The notes under the pieces: model-generated
Told to the model about the DNA's origin: nothing
Seen by the model: the letters and a program-made list of their open reading frames with translations, nothing else
Database searches by the model: none
Made by a program: the position numbers and the translations under genes
Part shown: in pieces, positions 35,359 through 51,845 of the stretch
Layout of the letters: each line of letters starts with the position of its first letter
Numbering within the stretch: the stretch's first letter is position 1
Assembly (NCBI RefSeq): GCF_009914755.1
Contig: NC_060926.1
From: the human T2T-CHM13v2.0 reference genome, Homo sapiens
Reading direction: 5' to 3' (one strand)
DNA: 64,000 nucleotides

Positions 35359-35498
35359 GCCGGCTGCAGTGGCGCATGCCTATAGTACCTGCTACTTGAG
35401 AGGCTGAGGCAGGAGGATCACTTGAGCCCAGGAGCTGGAAACCAGCCTGGGCAATGTAACAAGACACTGCCCCTTAAAAAAAAAAAAAAAAAAAAAAA
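35359..35498 (+). mobile_element. Alu monomer (FLAM-like)
   Basis: Single arm plus poly(A). Confidence 0.8.
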
Positions 35499-35662
35499 CT
35501 ATGAAATAAAATGTAATGGAACAGAAATAATTATCACTTCACTTCTGAATCAGTTGAAAATAAATAACTGCCCCAAAAATGAGGAAACCTACAGTAATCC
35601 TCTTTAATTCATATTGGATTTTAGGTTACTATTAAAATGTTTTGCTATCTCAAGAATTCAGC

Positions 35663-35925
35663 AGGCTGAGCAGAGCAGATGGCTTGAGCCCAGGAGTTCA
35701 AGACCAGTCTTGGCAAAATGGCAAAACCCCATCTCTACAAAAAAATACAAAAATTAGCCAGGCGTGGTGGCCCACATCCATGGTCCCAGCTACTCAGGAG
35801 GCTGAGGTAGGAGGGTCGCATGAACCCAGTAGGCAGAGGTTGTAGTAAGCCAAGATCATGCCACTGCACTCTAACCTGGGCAACAGAGCAAGACCCTGTC
35901 TCCCAACCAAAAAAAAAAAAAAAAA
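35663..35925 (+). mobile_element. AluJ, 5'-truncated
   Basis: GGCTTGAGCCCAGGAGTTCAAGACC, linker, right arm and poly(A). Confidence 0.88.
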
Positions 35926-36420
35926 GAATTCAGCTAGAAAAACCTTATATTTACTTTGATTAAGAAAATGTTTATAAACCAATACTTTATGATGCACACT
36001 GGTGAATATGAAGTTATACCTGAAGTAATATTAAATGACAGCTTTTCCATTTCTAGAATGTATGCCTCAACTACCTTAACTTAAACATGGTATTATCCAA
36101 ACTCACAGTATCTGAGAAGGTTTGTGTCGTTATCTAGCAAACTAAAGTCAAGCCCTCTGTATTTCCCCACCTGTGATCTTCAAAGATATGGTGCTCCTTG
36201 AGATTTGTGTAAGGTAGGTCTGTTCTAAAATGTGTGAAAGGAAGAGAACCCGAAAAGGCAAGGTCTAAGAAGATCACTCATTTGGAGATGGCAAGGGTCA
36301 CATCGGGGTTATCTAAGTCAGTGTGATTTACCCCTTGGTAAATCATACACATATTTCAAAAGTTACTTTATATGCTGTAATTCTTGCACACATATTTCAC
36401 GGAAAATAAATTAGTATTAC

Positions 36421-36633
36421 CTCGACTATCATCCATATCACCATCCCTTGAATGTTCTGATTGGATGTCTGGAGGGGTCTGAAGGACGGCCACGCTATTC
36501 TGATTTATAATCTTCAATCTCAGTTTTGGTTTTGACAGTTTTCTTCTTGGAACTGTAACTGTGAGGCTCTGTAACTGAGTCATCCCTGATTCAGTCAAAC
36601 ACACACCATCCTGGGTATAAGTCTTGGGTGGGT
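36421..36633 (-). pseudogene. KMT2CP: KMT2C-like exon ~23 (213 bp)
   Basis: DPPKTYTQDGVCLTESGMTQLQSLTVTVPRRKLSKPKLRLKIINQNSVAVLQTPPDIQSEHSRDGDMDDSR; AG and GT intact. Confidence 0.93.
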
Positions 36634-36870
36634 CTAAAATTACAAAATCCCAAGAATACAAATTTAAACTTTCATTTTAAATTTGACTGATTACTGTTCC
36701 AAAATACCCATGTCAAGGGAATGTGACTGTAGTTCTAGAAAGTAATTACGTATCTATGAAATGCATGAATAATTAATTTCATGATACCCAATAAAAACTA
36801 GGAACAATAGGTCAAACTTCCTTGGATTATAGGCAGAAAAGTTACATGTTTTTTAAAAATGGTCTTCCTG

Positions 36871-37201
<331 letters not shown>

Positions 37202-37899
37202 TTAGAAGCACTGCAAATAAATGCAATGCTCAGCTAATCCACTATGAGCTTTTTCCTGGAAAAGATCAAAAGGCAGGGATCTATTTACGCAAGAGAAGAG
37301 AGAATACTCCAGAAGCTCATCTGGAAAAATCAGATTATCAACATAATTACTAATAGGGAGAAGTAATAAATAAGTACAAATCCTGCAGATTTAATTTTAA
37401 ATGTACAAAACTGTTGTTCCTTAGAACAATTTCTGTACTATCCAAATGTTTTTGTATCAGGTGCTATTAAATACAAGTATTCAAAAGAATGACTGTTTAA
37501 TAAGAATATCATATTAATCACCATACTAGGCTTATTAATTATTTTAAAAAATTAAGAGATTGAATTAATTCTAAAAGAAATCTGCTTGCTAACTAGGCCG
37601 TATTTTCTGCTAACTGATAATTAAGCACAGTAATATATCAATGAAACCAAAGCAAGTATGGCATTAACGGTTATTCTAAGAGCTGTTATTTTTGTTGCCA
37701 ACTTGCTGAAATTTATAGGAATACTGCCCCAGTAAAGCTGGATGACATTTTATATATCATTGTGGAAATGATTACCAACATTACGGAATTTGGATAGAAC
37801 AACCATATGATTGAAGCAGATTTTACAAGTGGTAAGCCAATTATGTAAAAATTAAGCAAAGTAAATTAATTAAATTAAGTAAAGCATTCCAAATTTTAA

Positions 37900-37965
37900 C
37901 TAGCTCTTTTACTTTTGTGACAATTTGTGCTACAAGTGAAGATCCACAGCAGTCTGAGGAAGGCA
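37900..37965 (-). pseudogene. KMT2CP: KMT2C-like exon ~22 (66 bp), donor mutated
   Basis: (V)PSSDCCGSSLVAQIVTKVKEL(D); at the phase needed to join exon 23, the intron begins TTAAAA rather than GT. Confidence 0.88.
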
Positions 37966-38470
37966 CTGAAATGAAAAAAAAAATCCAGGTAATTCTTTTC
38001 AGAAAAGGTAAAGTGTATTTACATACTTATATATGATTAAAATTTCTGTTTCTATACTCATTTTATTAAAATAAATGTTTGAACACTAAAGTTAAAAGCA
38101 CTTTTTAAAGCAACAACAAAACAAGAAGTGATGAAGGAAATACTCAAGTCATGGAGGAAAACCTGGCTAAGAAAGAATCAACACATTGGATTTTAACATA
38201 TTGTCAATAACTACAAGATCATGTTCCTTGGAAGCAAAATTATAGTTTACATCTAAAGTATATGCTTTTTACTGTTTCATGTAAATTGTTTTATAACAAG
38301 TTGTGATAAGTCATGTATAACCAACAATAATATTTTTCATAAAATACTTGTCAAAGTAAGTTTCACAAAGACAAAATAGAGTGGAGCTAAGCTAATTCAT
38401 TGGTTATGGACAGTAAGGTGCAAGTGAGTGGTACAAGAGTGCAGACTCACAGTTTAAATTACTCTCTTAC

Positions 38471-38580
38471 CATTAGACGCAGGCATATAGGGTCTGCACA
38501 TGTTACAATCAAAACCAATGTCTGCTACATTTTCCACTTCTTCCTCAGTATTTAAGTTCTGACGAACTGCATGCATCCAT
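38471..38580 (-). pseudogene. KMT2CP: KMT2C-like exon ~21 (110 bp)
   Basis: WMHAVRQNLNTEEEVENVADIGFDCNMCRPYMPASN; the HxxC ligand reads HAVR. Confidence 0.92.
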
Positions 38581-39405
38581 CTAAAAAGACCATATTTGTA
38601 CATTTTTAAAAAAAATGGAATATACTGAGAACTGCTACCTTTTAAAACCTGTAACACTGAGTCATCAAACTTAAAAGCCCTAAGCCTCACATGCTCCTCC
38701 TACCTTGCCCTTTTCTCCTAACTATCCCTATTAACAGAAAAACTTTCATAGAGCTAAGGAGGAAATAAAAAGGAATGAGAACAACTATTAGAGAGGAAGC
38801 AAAGCACATTACAAAAGGAAGCTAATTATTTTATCATCATATATTAAATATTTCAAAGACAGCAAGGAAGCTAGTTAGGGCAAACACAAAGGTATTCAGA
38901 AAACTGCAAATGGCAGTGCTAGCATATATGGGCTCCAGGCAATGCATCTAACTTGAAGTAGACATATATCATGGAAAGCGATGTTGAATGGTAATTGGGA
39001 AATAAAGTAAAAAGTTGTCTTGCAATGGAACAGATAATTAGTAGCCAGAGTCCCAAGAATACTGTACTACTGATAAAATAGTACTATCAATATATGTTCA
39101 CTGCTTAACTTCTAAAGAGTACAACAATATACCAATGAAAGCAAGGAAACATTCTTGATTTTGAAATTCTACATAATTACGTAGGGAGGGCAGAAGGTGC
39201 TATCTAATACCTAGATATCTAGTATCTAGAGCTTTAAGAGAAAGTGGTTTAAGGAGAACAGAAAGTGTTAGATATTTTTTATAATCTATTAAAAGATTCA
39301 GAAACCCTTCATAAGAAACAGCATAGATGAAGGCAATAATTCTCCATCTAATTTCAAGGGATTCCTAAACCCTCAAAAAGGCCTAAATTAAAAATCTTCA
39401 GTCTT

Positions 39406-39729
<324 letters not shown>

Positions 39730-39915
39730 TTAGTCTGGAGTTGAGAATTCAAAACAGGAAATCAATTCTGTAAGTTTCTAGGTGACCAAAAATCTACAAG
39801 GCAAAAAGCTCTGTACCTAAAACTTGTGATTAAGGAAAAGCTATTTTCCATTTTTTTTTTTTTTGCTACATTTCAAAGAGAAAAGCTTTAAAAAGATGAA
39901 AAAATAGCACAATAC

Positions 39916-40080
39916 CTATCACATTGTCTTCATTGCAGAATAAGATCTTCTTCTCTATAGTTTCAATAGCAGACTGGACAGGAAGATAAACTTGCACAAG
40001 GAGCGCACTGTGTGTAATTGTTCTGCCATTCACATCTTAGACCTGCAGATGTTGCTCCACAGTGTCTGCATCAAACACAC
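39916..40080 (-). pseudogene. KMT2CP: KMT2C-like exon ~20 (165 bp) with three TGA stops
   Basis: CV*CRHCGATSAGLRCEWQNNYTQCAPCASLSSCPVCY*NYREEDLILQ*RQCD; stops at 40071-73, 39963-65 and 39930-32. Confidence 0.93.
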
Positions 40081-40335
40081 CTGAAATCCAAATCCCCCCG
40101 AAAAGTCTCAATTTTATTTTCTTAGTTATTCAGTTACTGTAATTCAGGAAGCTACATACGAATATAATGGGGCAAATGATTTAATGTGTATGTGAAAATT
40201 TTTCTGATTAGTGGTATCTATCATAGAATATGTGTATTATTCAATTAAATAGGTATGGCTAATTTTTAAAAACTAAAGTGGTATGAGAAAGCTCTGAACT
40301 TGAAAGACTAACAAGGCAAACAAACCCTAGAGAAC

Positions 40336-40517
40336 CATTTGCACTTCCAGCCTCCTTTGGGAACTGTCTGCAATGGAGGGTCTAGGCAGTAGGTGTGATA
40401 AATTATGTCACAATCATCACACAGCAGGAGTCTTCCTGGGTCAGTTGCCTTCCCACAGGCCTCACACACAGTGCACTCAAGACACCTCCAACCTTTGCTA
40501 AGAACCACTTTAGTGAT
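40336..40517 (-). pseudogene. KMT2CP: KMT2C-like exon ~19 (182 bp, PHD finger)
   Basis: ITKVVLSKGWRCLECTVCEACGKATDPGRLLLCDDCDIIYHTYCLDPPLQTVPKGGWKCK(W); reading frame open. Confidence 0.94.
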
Positions 40518-42117
40518 CTGTAAAAGAAACAACCAATCCATGTGATTTATGCATTAACCTAACATAATCAAATATACTATATAAATTAATATGGTGCTTA
40601 TGTACCTAGAAGCAGAAAGGGGCAATCAACTAACATTTATTGAGCACCTACGGAGGCCCAATACTGGGTTGGGCATGTTCATACACGCTTTTAGGAGCCT
40701 ACTGAGCAGAATAATAGAAAATGGCACATATTTTAATGCCTTTTTAAAGTCCACATAATTACCTTATGCTGTACATTTAATGTCCACTGTATTTATAGAT
40801 ATAGTGACCAGATTTTAAAGAAATCAAGTAAGCTTCACTATTATTGATACATAATTTGAAAATACATCAACAAAATCTCCATCTGCATTTCCATGCTTAG
40901 AATCAATAGAAAAAATACCAAAAAATTAATGTAAAGCATGAGTTCTTAGGGACATTTTATGATCTTAGAAGATTTCTATTTAGACTATGAAGCTAGGAAT
41001 TCTGAAGTTCACATTCACTCCTCTGTTTATTCTCCCCTCTCTCAAGGGTATAAGTTAGCAGAATATTTGGGAATTTCCAAATCCCTAACAAACTCCTGAA
41101 GGAAGCCACACCATGTAATATTAAGATTGCAGAACTTCTTAAAGATCTCAAAAGACTAGGATCCTCAGACAGAACCAATCAAGTGCCCATATTATAATGA
41201 AACAGCAAGTAATGAGGGTACAGAATAAAAATTCAGATCATGAGGTACATGGAAGCCTAAAAGCTACCAGAGAAGAAAATAAAAGAGTTAAATTCAAAGG
41301 AACACCCATCAGAATGGCACAAAACTTCCCAACTCCAGATGCTAGAAGAGTATAATTTTCCAATTCTACAGGAAAATACTTTTCAAAGTACAATTCTCAA
41401 CCTAGCTACACAAGCAACTATGTGTGAAGACAGAATACGTTGTAGACACAGGAAGACTCAAAATTCAGCTCCTTCATTCTCCTTCTAATAAAGTTACTTA
41501 GAGATATGCGGAACAGAATGAGGATGTATTACAAAGAAAAGGAAGACTTGGGATCTATAAATCAACAGATCCGACAAAGGACATCAGGCCAGGGAAGTTT
41601 AAGGATGAGAACAACACACCCAGAAGCCACTGGCACATATCAGAGCAGGAGAAGGGAATGTCTAGAAAGAGGGTAGGACTTCTCCCAGAAAAAAACAGTA
41701 CTTTAAAAAATAATCTTATATGATAGTTCTATAGTAGGCAAAAACAAAGAACGAATGGAGAGTCACTATTACTTTCTTGTTATTAAAAACTCCATGAAAG
41801 ACAAAAGAAACTCATAGTATACTGTTTAGATCTGCAGTGAACATTTACTGAGTCATAACCAACACCTTATTAATTGAACTAAACATAGTAATACAACTAT
41901 ATTGGGAGAAGGAAGGAGGTGTATTTTAAGACCTAAATCAGAATTTATTTATTCATAGCAGAAAGTCAACAAAATCTAGCATTGATAAAGCAGTAAACCA
42001 GTTGATTATTTAGAGCTATAGCATTGACCACAAGAAAAAAGACCTGAAAAGATTAAAAGTGATTCCCTCAGATGTGGAGGTAGAGTAAGACAAGAGTTGG
42101 TTGTTCATTACAAGGCC

Positions 42118-42416
42118 TTTTTTTTTTTTTTTTTTGAGATGGAGTCTTGCTCTGTTGCCTGGGCTGGAGTGCAGTGGTGTGATCTCAGCTCACTGCAACC
42201 TCCGGCTCCCATGTTCAAATAATTCTCCTGGCTCAGCCTCCTGAGTAGCTAGGACTAGAGGAATGAGCCACCACACTTGGCTAATTTGTGTATTTTTAGT
42301 AGAGATGGGGTTTTACTGTGTTGGCCAGGCTGGCTTGAACTCCTGCCCTCAAGTGATCCACCTGCCTCGGCCTCCCAAAGTGCTGGGATGACAGGTGTGA
42401 GGCACCACACCTGGCC
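42118..42416 (-). mobile_element. AluS
   Basis: Dimeric Alu; TSD CATTACRAGGC. Confidence 0.92.
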
Positions 42417-42572
42417 CATTACGAGGCTTTTAATGTCATTTGATTTTTAAACATGTATATTTATTATTTTGATTAGCTTATTGATTTTTAAGAATTTGTC
42501 TTAGATTACCAAGTTAGTATATTATTTGCCCAAATGAAGGAAATGGCCTGGGGTAAGATCAGGGTGGCTTAG

Positions 42573-42796
42573 AGCAGTAGCCAGCAAACATTTCCAATAA
42601 AGGGCCAGAGAGTAAACAGAAAGTTTTGAGGGCCATATGATCTGTTGCAACTTTATAAAAACTCTGCCAGTGTAATGCAAAAACCGCTACAAATATATGT
42701 AAACAAAAGAACTTGGCCATATTTCAATAAAAGTTTATTTGCAAACACAGGAAATGGGCCAGATTTAGTCTATGGGCCAGTCTGCCTGACCCTGGC
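42573..42796. mobile_element. MER58A-like hAT transposon
   Basis: TAAAGGGCCAGAGAGTAAA..GGCCATATGATCTGTTGCAACT..CAATAAAAGTTTATTTGCAAACACAGG..GCCTGACCCTG. Confidence 0.75.
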
Positions 42797-45785
42797 TTAA
42801 ACAATGACCTGAAGACAAAGTGGCAGACAGATCTGAGGTGTTTAGTGGCAGCATTTTTAAAATATTTATCTTCATTCCTACTAAGTTTTCTTCACAGATA
42901 CCTGTGGTCCCTTTTACAACCAAACTCTCAAGTTTCTCCGCTTATATTCACTCTTCAAAACACTACAGTCTGGTCTCTACACCCACATCCACTCATAACT
43001 GCTTAAGCCAGGCTTGTCAAGACCTTCTTATTCTCAAATCTAATGGAAACATTAGTGTTTGTGTTTCTTGACTTCTAGTACTTCAACACTTCAACAATTT
43101 CTCCATCTTTGAAATTTCCTTTTAACTTAGCTACTGGGGTTGTACTATCATTTTTTTCTTCTGTTGAACCAGTTTAGCCTTAGTTTTAAAAGTTTTTTCA
43201 AATAAGATGTCATCCAGGATTCCATCCATGGTACCATGTCCAAAGTTGTTACAGATATGTTTTATAATCTAATACGGATACATGCTTCAACGATAATGGA
43301 GTATATGGGACCAGCCTGTTTTCCCATAAGATAGTAGAAAATTGGACAAAGTGTGTGAAACAACTGTTTTCAGATATTGGACAACACATAGTAAAGGAGA
43401 CAGTGGTCTCTGAGAGGAAGGAAACACTCAGGGAGTCCTATGATATTCTGCCTAGAAACATTTTCCAGAACGCTGCCCAGGGAGGGAGAACCTCAGCAGA
43501 GTACAATCAATGGCCTCGCTGAGGTTAGGGAAGGCGAGGCAGTGGAATTTGCAGGACACACTACTCAAAATGAAGAAGCAATAAGGACTAAGAGCTCCAG
43601 AAATCTACAAAGGATCCCCTGAAGTCTTTGGTGGAACACCAAGCCGTACTTCTAGAAGCCCAAAGACCCACAACCAGGGGAAAGTACATCTACTGGGAAT
43701 TTGTAAGCTGCACAATTACCAGAGCTTGCAAAAGGCTCAAAGACAAGTGAAGCACAACCAGTCAGAGTACAAAGACACTGGTGAACAGGGGGTAGAATTC
43801 AGTAGTGATCCCAGAAAGGCCAAGTCTTAAGTATAGGGTTAAACTAATGCTAGGACTGCAGCTACCAAAATGTGGACTAGGGAACCCCAGTGGGTCTGTA
43901 AAGTTAAAACAAGTTTAAATAATACTAAGATTTAATTTGCCTTTTTTCACTTTAATTTATTCACAATTATACAGTGGTGTTTATAGAAGCTACATGTTGT
44001 ATCATAATATTACATTGACATTGTACAGGTTGTGCTTCTGTAGTCCTGTGTTACAAAATGTTCCTAGTTTTAATTTCTAAAATGCTGAATAGTCCATAGT
44101 TAAAATCCTCATGAACAAAAACTATGGCGTCCCCAGTAATTTTAAAGAGTGTTAAGGTTCTAAAACCATAAAGTTTGAAAATATCCACCTTAGAGTGAAG
44201 GCTTTCTAGACTTGCCCCAGCAAGCTTAAAAAGAAGCTTCAAAGGTATCAAACTTATCCACAAACAATTGCCTCCTGCAATAAAAATGCAAGCTGAGCCA
44301 ATTCACATATCCCTAGTATATTTCTAGATACTGCTGTATTTCTCAATGAGACTGCAGTATTATATACTGTCCGAAACAGTGTCATGTAAAAGGAACCACA
44401 CATAATTTTTAAAAACAGGAATAACTAGGTGTCTGATAGTACACTAATTGTCCAATCTTAACTTATGTAAGTCGTACTCATCTGTAAAATGGGAATTCGG
44501 TAATTGTTGGATGGGTTAAAAGAAATACATTACTATCTTGGAAGGGATCTTATTCAATTTCCTTAGGTCCAAAACATTAAGCATTCTAAAAAACAAAATC
44601 TAATGATAGCAGCTACTTTTATACAGAATATAAAGTACAAAGAAGAAAAGAAACATGTTTTATGCATATATAACTCCATTTTTAATTGGCTTTATATACT
44701 CTGTGTTTTTCAGTCACATACCATGAGCAACTAATTTTAAAAAACTACATAAATTAACCGTACTAGTCTTCTATTTTGGATAGTATTAATTACAATCTTT
44801 CATTTTGATTCCTAAATTCACAAAAACCTGTATTACCCTATAAAATAAATACTAGTGTAGTTATCAACAAAGAATTCTGAAGGAGATAATGTTGATTTGC
44901 TTACTATACTGACATTTTACTGACAATGATATAACAGTGATGTCTGAAGGGCGGGGGAGAATGGTATAAAAATCACTCATGGTTCACAACCTATTATTGA
45001 AACTGAGGTTAGTATTTATATTACATGGTATGGCAATACTAGAAAAGATTTCCTTGTGGAGTATACAGTTTAAGACCTCTGCTGTACAGCTATACCTCCA
45101 TGCTTGCTTCCAGTGGCCATGACACTTTATTCAAATATGTAAGTTTTATTAAGACTGAGTTCTTAAAAAGAAAAAACCAAGAACCTTAGATACAACTAGT
45201 GAAGTATTGAGACCTGTCCATATTTAAAACCAAGCACACGATACCACTTAAAAGCTTCCCCAGAAAGCCTCTATCCTGAAATGCTTGAAAGTGAGCAGTG
45301 CTGACTCTCGATTATTACCGATTGCATTAAATATGACACTTGTTTTCTTGCTTTTGGCTATAAGGAGAAAATGTCATTTTGTATATGAGTGAGCACAGAG
45401 GAGAGAGAATGTGAGAAAGAACAGAATGGGCTAATAATTTTTTACTAAATACTCCAGTTCTCAGCTTTATAAATCAACAGACAAAATGAATCAGCTAAAC
45501 CTAAAATCTTTGTGAATAGTATAAATTGTCTTTTAAATTAAATGCATATATTTTTATGTTTTACTTTTTCAAGACAAAAGCAGGATATTAGTACAATATA
45601 AGATTTATAGAGGAGCAAATTTCTTGAGATAGGAAACCCTTAAAAGCAGTATTTAAAGTACTTAAATACTGTCACATATGTTTAATAATCATAATACTTA
45701 ATTGTGAGAACTGGGAGCTCATGTTACTACTAAAACCAAATACAAATTCAATACATATTTGTTAACTCAGTTTAAGGATGTTTAC

Positions 45786-45890
45786 CTTAATACTGACACA
45801 GTATGGATGGTAACACTGACCACACTGAGAACAGGCAAGTAATCTTCCTTCTGCTCCTTGGCCAAAACTGCCACAAACTACACATATATC
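45786..45890 (-). pseudogene. KMT2CP: KMT2C-like exon ~18 (105 bp, PHD finger)
   Basis: DICVVCGSFGQGAEGRLLACSQCGQCYHPYCVSIK; AG and GT intact; frame open. Confidence 0.94.
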
Positions 45891-46082
45891 CTGAAGTTAA
45901 GAAAACAGAACATATTTTAAATGGAGACTAAGCTAAAAACCTACAAATTTTACTTTAAAAATACCTTCTTAACTAATATAGCTCTATAGCTAAATATTGG
46001 ATCACTTCTGTGTATATGAGATAAAGCAGAAATGTGCAAGGAGGAATTCAATGAGGAAGACAGTAAATTGTCAAGTTCAAAC

Positions 46083-46184
46083 CTGATTCAAAGTGAACTT
46101 GTCACTGCTAGAAAACAACACAACCATATCGAGCACAGAGTTTTCTTCATCATCCTTATTTGATGAAATATCTGCAGTAGACAC
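46083..46184 (-). pseudogene. KMT2CP: KMT2C-like exon ~17 (102 bp)
   Basis: VSTADISSNKDDEENSVLDMVVLFSSSDKFTLNQ; AG and GT intact. Confidence 0.92.
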
Positions 46185-46633
46185 CTATAAAAAGCAAAAT
46201 ACACAAAATACGAAGTTATATTTTTCACTTGTTTTGCACTTAACTGGAAAGCTTCAGAAAATTCATAATCAAAACATATATTTTTGCTAAGGTCTAGAAT
46301 AACAATTCCAAATATTAATGCTAAGATACTACAGCAAAATGGAGTCATGACATTTTATTATTCAACTCATTCTCTCTTTAGAGGTAGAATTCCTTTAGAC
46401 CAAGAAGTAATGAGAAAATATAATAAACCTGTCTTAGTAAGACTTGATTATGCAGAATTCTAATCAAGAAACTATAAATGATAATATTATAGGTATGTAC
46501 ACACACAAATCTATCACTATTTTAATGACACACACTTGGGATCTGCAATGTAGTTAGTCTGAACTGAGATGTCCTGCAAACATAAAATACAGCACATAAT
46601 TACATATTACATGTTGAAATGGTAATATTTTAG

Positions 46634-46939
<306 letters not shown>

Positions 46940-47331
46940 TCACTGTAACTTTTTAATGTGGCTACTAGGAAGTTTTAAATTGCATATGTGGTTCTCATTA
47001 TATTTCTATTAGCACCGCTTTAGAATATTATTTTGAATAACATCCAAATTTCAGTATCAGCCAAATGATTATCAACCAATATTGTTCAGTCTGGACTTAG
47101 TTCTATTTGACTAAATCAACTAAGTAGCCACTGGTTTGTTAATAATTTCTAGAGTGATATGAAACAAAATAAAGCTCTGAACTAGAAGTTGTAGAAGAAG
47201 ACAAGGAGGGCACTGCCAAAATCATAAAATACAATCCTCTTTCTTTAAAAAGCTTACAACCGAAGCCTGGAAAGACAGAGTTGAAACACAACAGGTTATG
47301 TTCAAGGTCAAAACATAAAACGACTGAATTA

Positions 47332-47694
<363 letters not shown>

Positions 47695-47747
47695 TTAACT
47701 AAATAGAAGGACTATATCTCAGTATTTTTCAATACAAATACATTTAA

Positions 47748-48070
<323 letters not shown>

Positions 48071-49743
48071 TAAAAGCAGTTTTAATGGATAGTACTAATG
48101 CTTTATAAGAGCAATTTATAGTCATATGAACCCTAATGACTACAAGTGTTAATAATGCCAATATTCATCATTAGGAAGTAAGTAAAGCCATGACAAATCC
48201 AAACATTAGAAAATTACGCAACATTTTAAAAGTAGGGAGGTAGAAACGTGTATAGACTGCCATGAAAGAAATTATCAAAAGACGTTGTTGATGAAAAAAT
48301 AAATTGCAGAACAGTATTTGAGGTATAGCACTATAATATAAAAACATGCAAAGTCATTATATGTAGTCTATGGGCACATATAATAGGTTGAATCATAAGA
48401 AATTGCTGCTTTTCATCAGTTCAGAAATAATATTGGCAATTTCATATGGATCAACCTAATATATAAATATACCAAACTGGTAACAGGGAAATAAGGAGGA
48501 CTGAGGAGTTAGTAATGGTAAATTCTGATCTACCTATAACGCTTTAATTTTTTTAATAGAGAAAATGTATTGATGTGTTATATGCATAGCATTAACAAAA
48601 TTAGCTTTCTAAGATTTTAGAGAATCATCCAAGATGATTCACAAAAGTAGAATCATCATCACCAGTAAGAAACTAAGTGACTACTAAAAGTAATCATTAA
48701 TTCAGTCATAGGACTAATGATGCATTGACAAGGCTATTGAGATATATAATTATGGAAATGGCTAAAATAGAGATAAAGTATCTATTTCTACCTCCCAACC
48801 ACTAACAGAAAATTCAACACATTATACACACTGAGCAGCTCAAAGAAATTGTAAAGATCCATTATTATTTTTAAAAGGAAATTTAACCAGTGGATGCTTT
48901 CACTGAAAATGATAAACAATATATTCCCAGTATAAACCAGAAACAAAGTCTGCAGTAGAAAACTACAATGTCCCTAGATTCAAGTGGGGGTGGGGAGTCA
49001 TATTTAAATAATAAGTGCAGAAAAACCAAAATATTTTAAAATAATTGTCCATGCAAGAAAGAAAACAGTATCATCTAGCTTGAAGACCCACTGTTTTTAT
49101 TTTATAATTTATTTCATGACCTTTAGACTGCTAGAAAAATGAAACCTAACTTGAGGGCAAAGGTAATCTTTGAGAAAATATGTGCTATTGTTGCCTGCAT
49201 AGATAATAGTGTGATTTATCCAGAAGGTGATAGAAATTTCATTTTCCTAGACCACAGATATAAGCCAAGGAGAATAGAAAGCTCTGACCTAAACTTCACA
49301 AGTGTCCCTTCCAAGCAGGGACACGTAAGAGTAAACAAAAAAAGAAGATCAAATTAAACTCAAAGTGAGAAGATAGGAAAAAATAAAGATGAGAATATAA
49401 ATCAATAAAACAGAAAGGGGAAAGAAAATAGAGAAAAGTCCATAAAAACAAAGGCTGACTCAAGAAGATCAATAAGATTGATAAATCTCTAGCCAGACTG
49501 ATCAGGAAAAAAATAAGACAAGATACAAATTATTAGTATCAAGAATGAGGAAGGTGAAATCATTACAGATTCTACAGGTATTAAAATAATAAGAAACATT
49601 ATGATCAACTCCATTCCTTTAATTTGTCAAGATAGACAAAATGAACAAATTTCTTGAAAGGTGCAAATTTATGCAAGGAGAGACAGATAACCTAAATAGG
49701 TACCTATTAAAGAATAAAATTTGTTGTTAAAAACTGTCCCACA

Positions 49744-50302
<559 letters not shown>

Positions 50303-50495
50303 AAAACACAACAAAAACCCCCCACAAAGAAAATTTCAGGCCAAGATGGTTTCACTAATAAATTCATGTATAATATAAGAAGATACATTTCCACTACTAC
50401 ACAACTTTTCCAGAAAACTGAAGATAAGAATATACTTTCTGATTCATTGTATGAAGCTGGAGTTATGCTAATACCAAAACCAGATGAAGACATTA

Positions 50496-50812
<317 letters not shown>

Positions 50813-51728
50813 AGTGCACAGGTCTACAGCCGTGGTGCATCCACAGTTTTATTAATACTCAGCAAGAAAAGGAAGTACACTGTTAACAAGTACAACAGCA
50901 TAGATTAATCTCCAAATAATTGTGCTGAAATAAATCAGTCCAAAAAGCACACAGTTCTGTATGATTCCACTTATATACAACTCTAGAAAATGCAAACTAA
51001 TCTTGGGGACAAGGACGGATGGCAGGGGGAATGCAGAAAATTACAGAGGGACATGAAGAAACGTTGGGAGATGAATATATTCACTATCATGATTGTGGTA
51101 TCGTTTTCAAGGGTGTATATGTATATATCAAAGCTTATGGAATTGTACATGTCAAATATAGCTTATATCAACTATACCTCAATAAGCCTGGTTTTAAAAT
51201 TTTTCTTTTTGAAAAAAGGACGAGAATCTAAGCTTCCTTATTCCTGGTTTAGTAATAAACTTGAACAATTTCACCTGTCTCCTCTACTTAAAATGACATT
51301 TCAGAATTTTAAAAACAGGATTTTAATAAAATAGCGAAGTTATTACATAAAATGTTTGCTAGTAGTTAACAAATATATTTGTAATACACATATAAATAAA
51401 GCCTCATAACATGATAGTAAGCAAATATCAATCTTAAAATTTTTTAAATAAAAGAGCAGCTATATTACATACTGACTTTTTAGAGAGGGTTGGCATAGAA
51501 AGATAAGGAGTCAAAGAGGAAGGTAAGAAAAGAGAAACGATGAGAAAGTAAATATACAAGAAAACGTAACCAGAGGCTCAAAAAAAAAAAAAAAAAAAGC
51601 AAAGTAGGACAGTAAAATAAACATTTTGACCTATTTATATGACTTTTAAGTTCAAAATAACTTGCTATGAGATTTTCATCATTAACTGACATTTAGATTA
51701 GAGAAAATATACATGAAGCAAGCCTCAC

Positions 51729-51845
51729 CCCAGGCAATACAACAGCTCCGATTCCACTTTTCAGCTTTGACCTGCCTCGGCCACCTCGCCCCGACAGTCC
51801 TGCACCTCGAGGTCTCCGCTTTCCTGGAAATCCAGACCCATGGCC
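51729..51845 (-). pseudogene. KMT2CP: KMT2C-like exon ~16 (117 bp)
   Basis: GHGSGFPGKRRPRGAGLSGRGGRGRSKLKSGIGAVVLPG; AG and GTGAG intact. Confidence 0.93.
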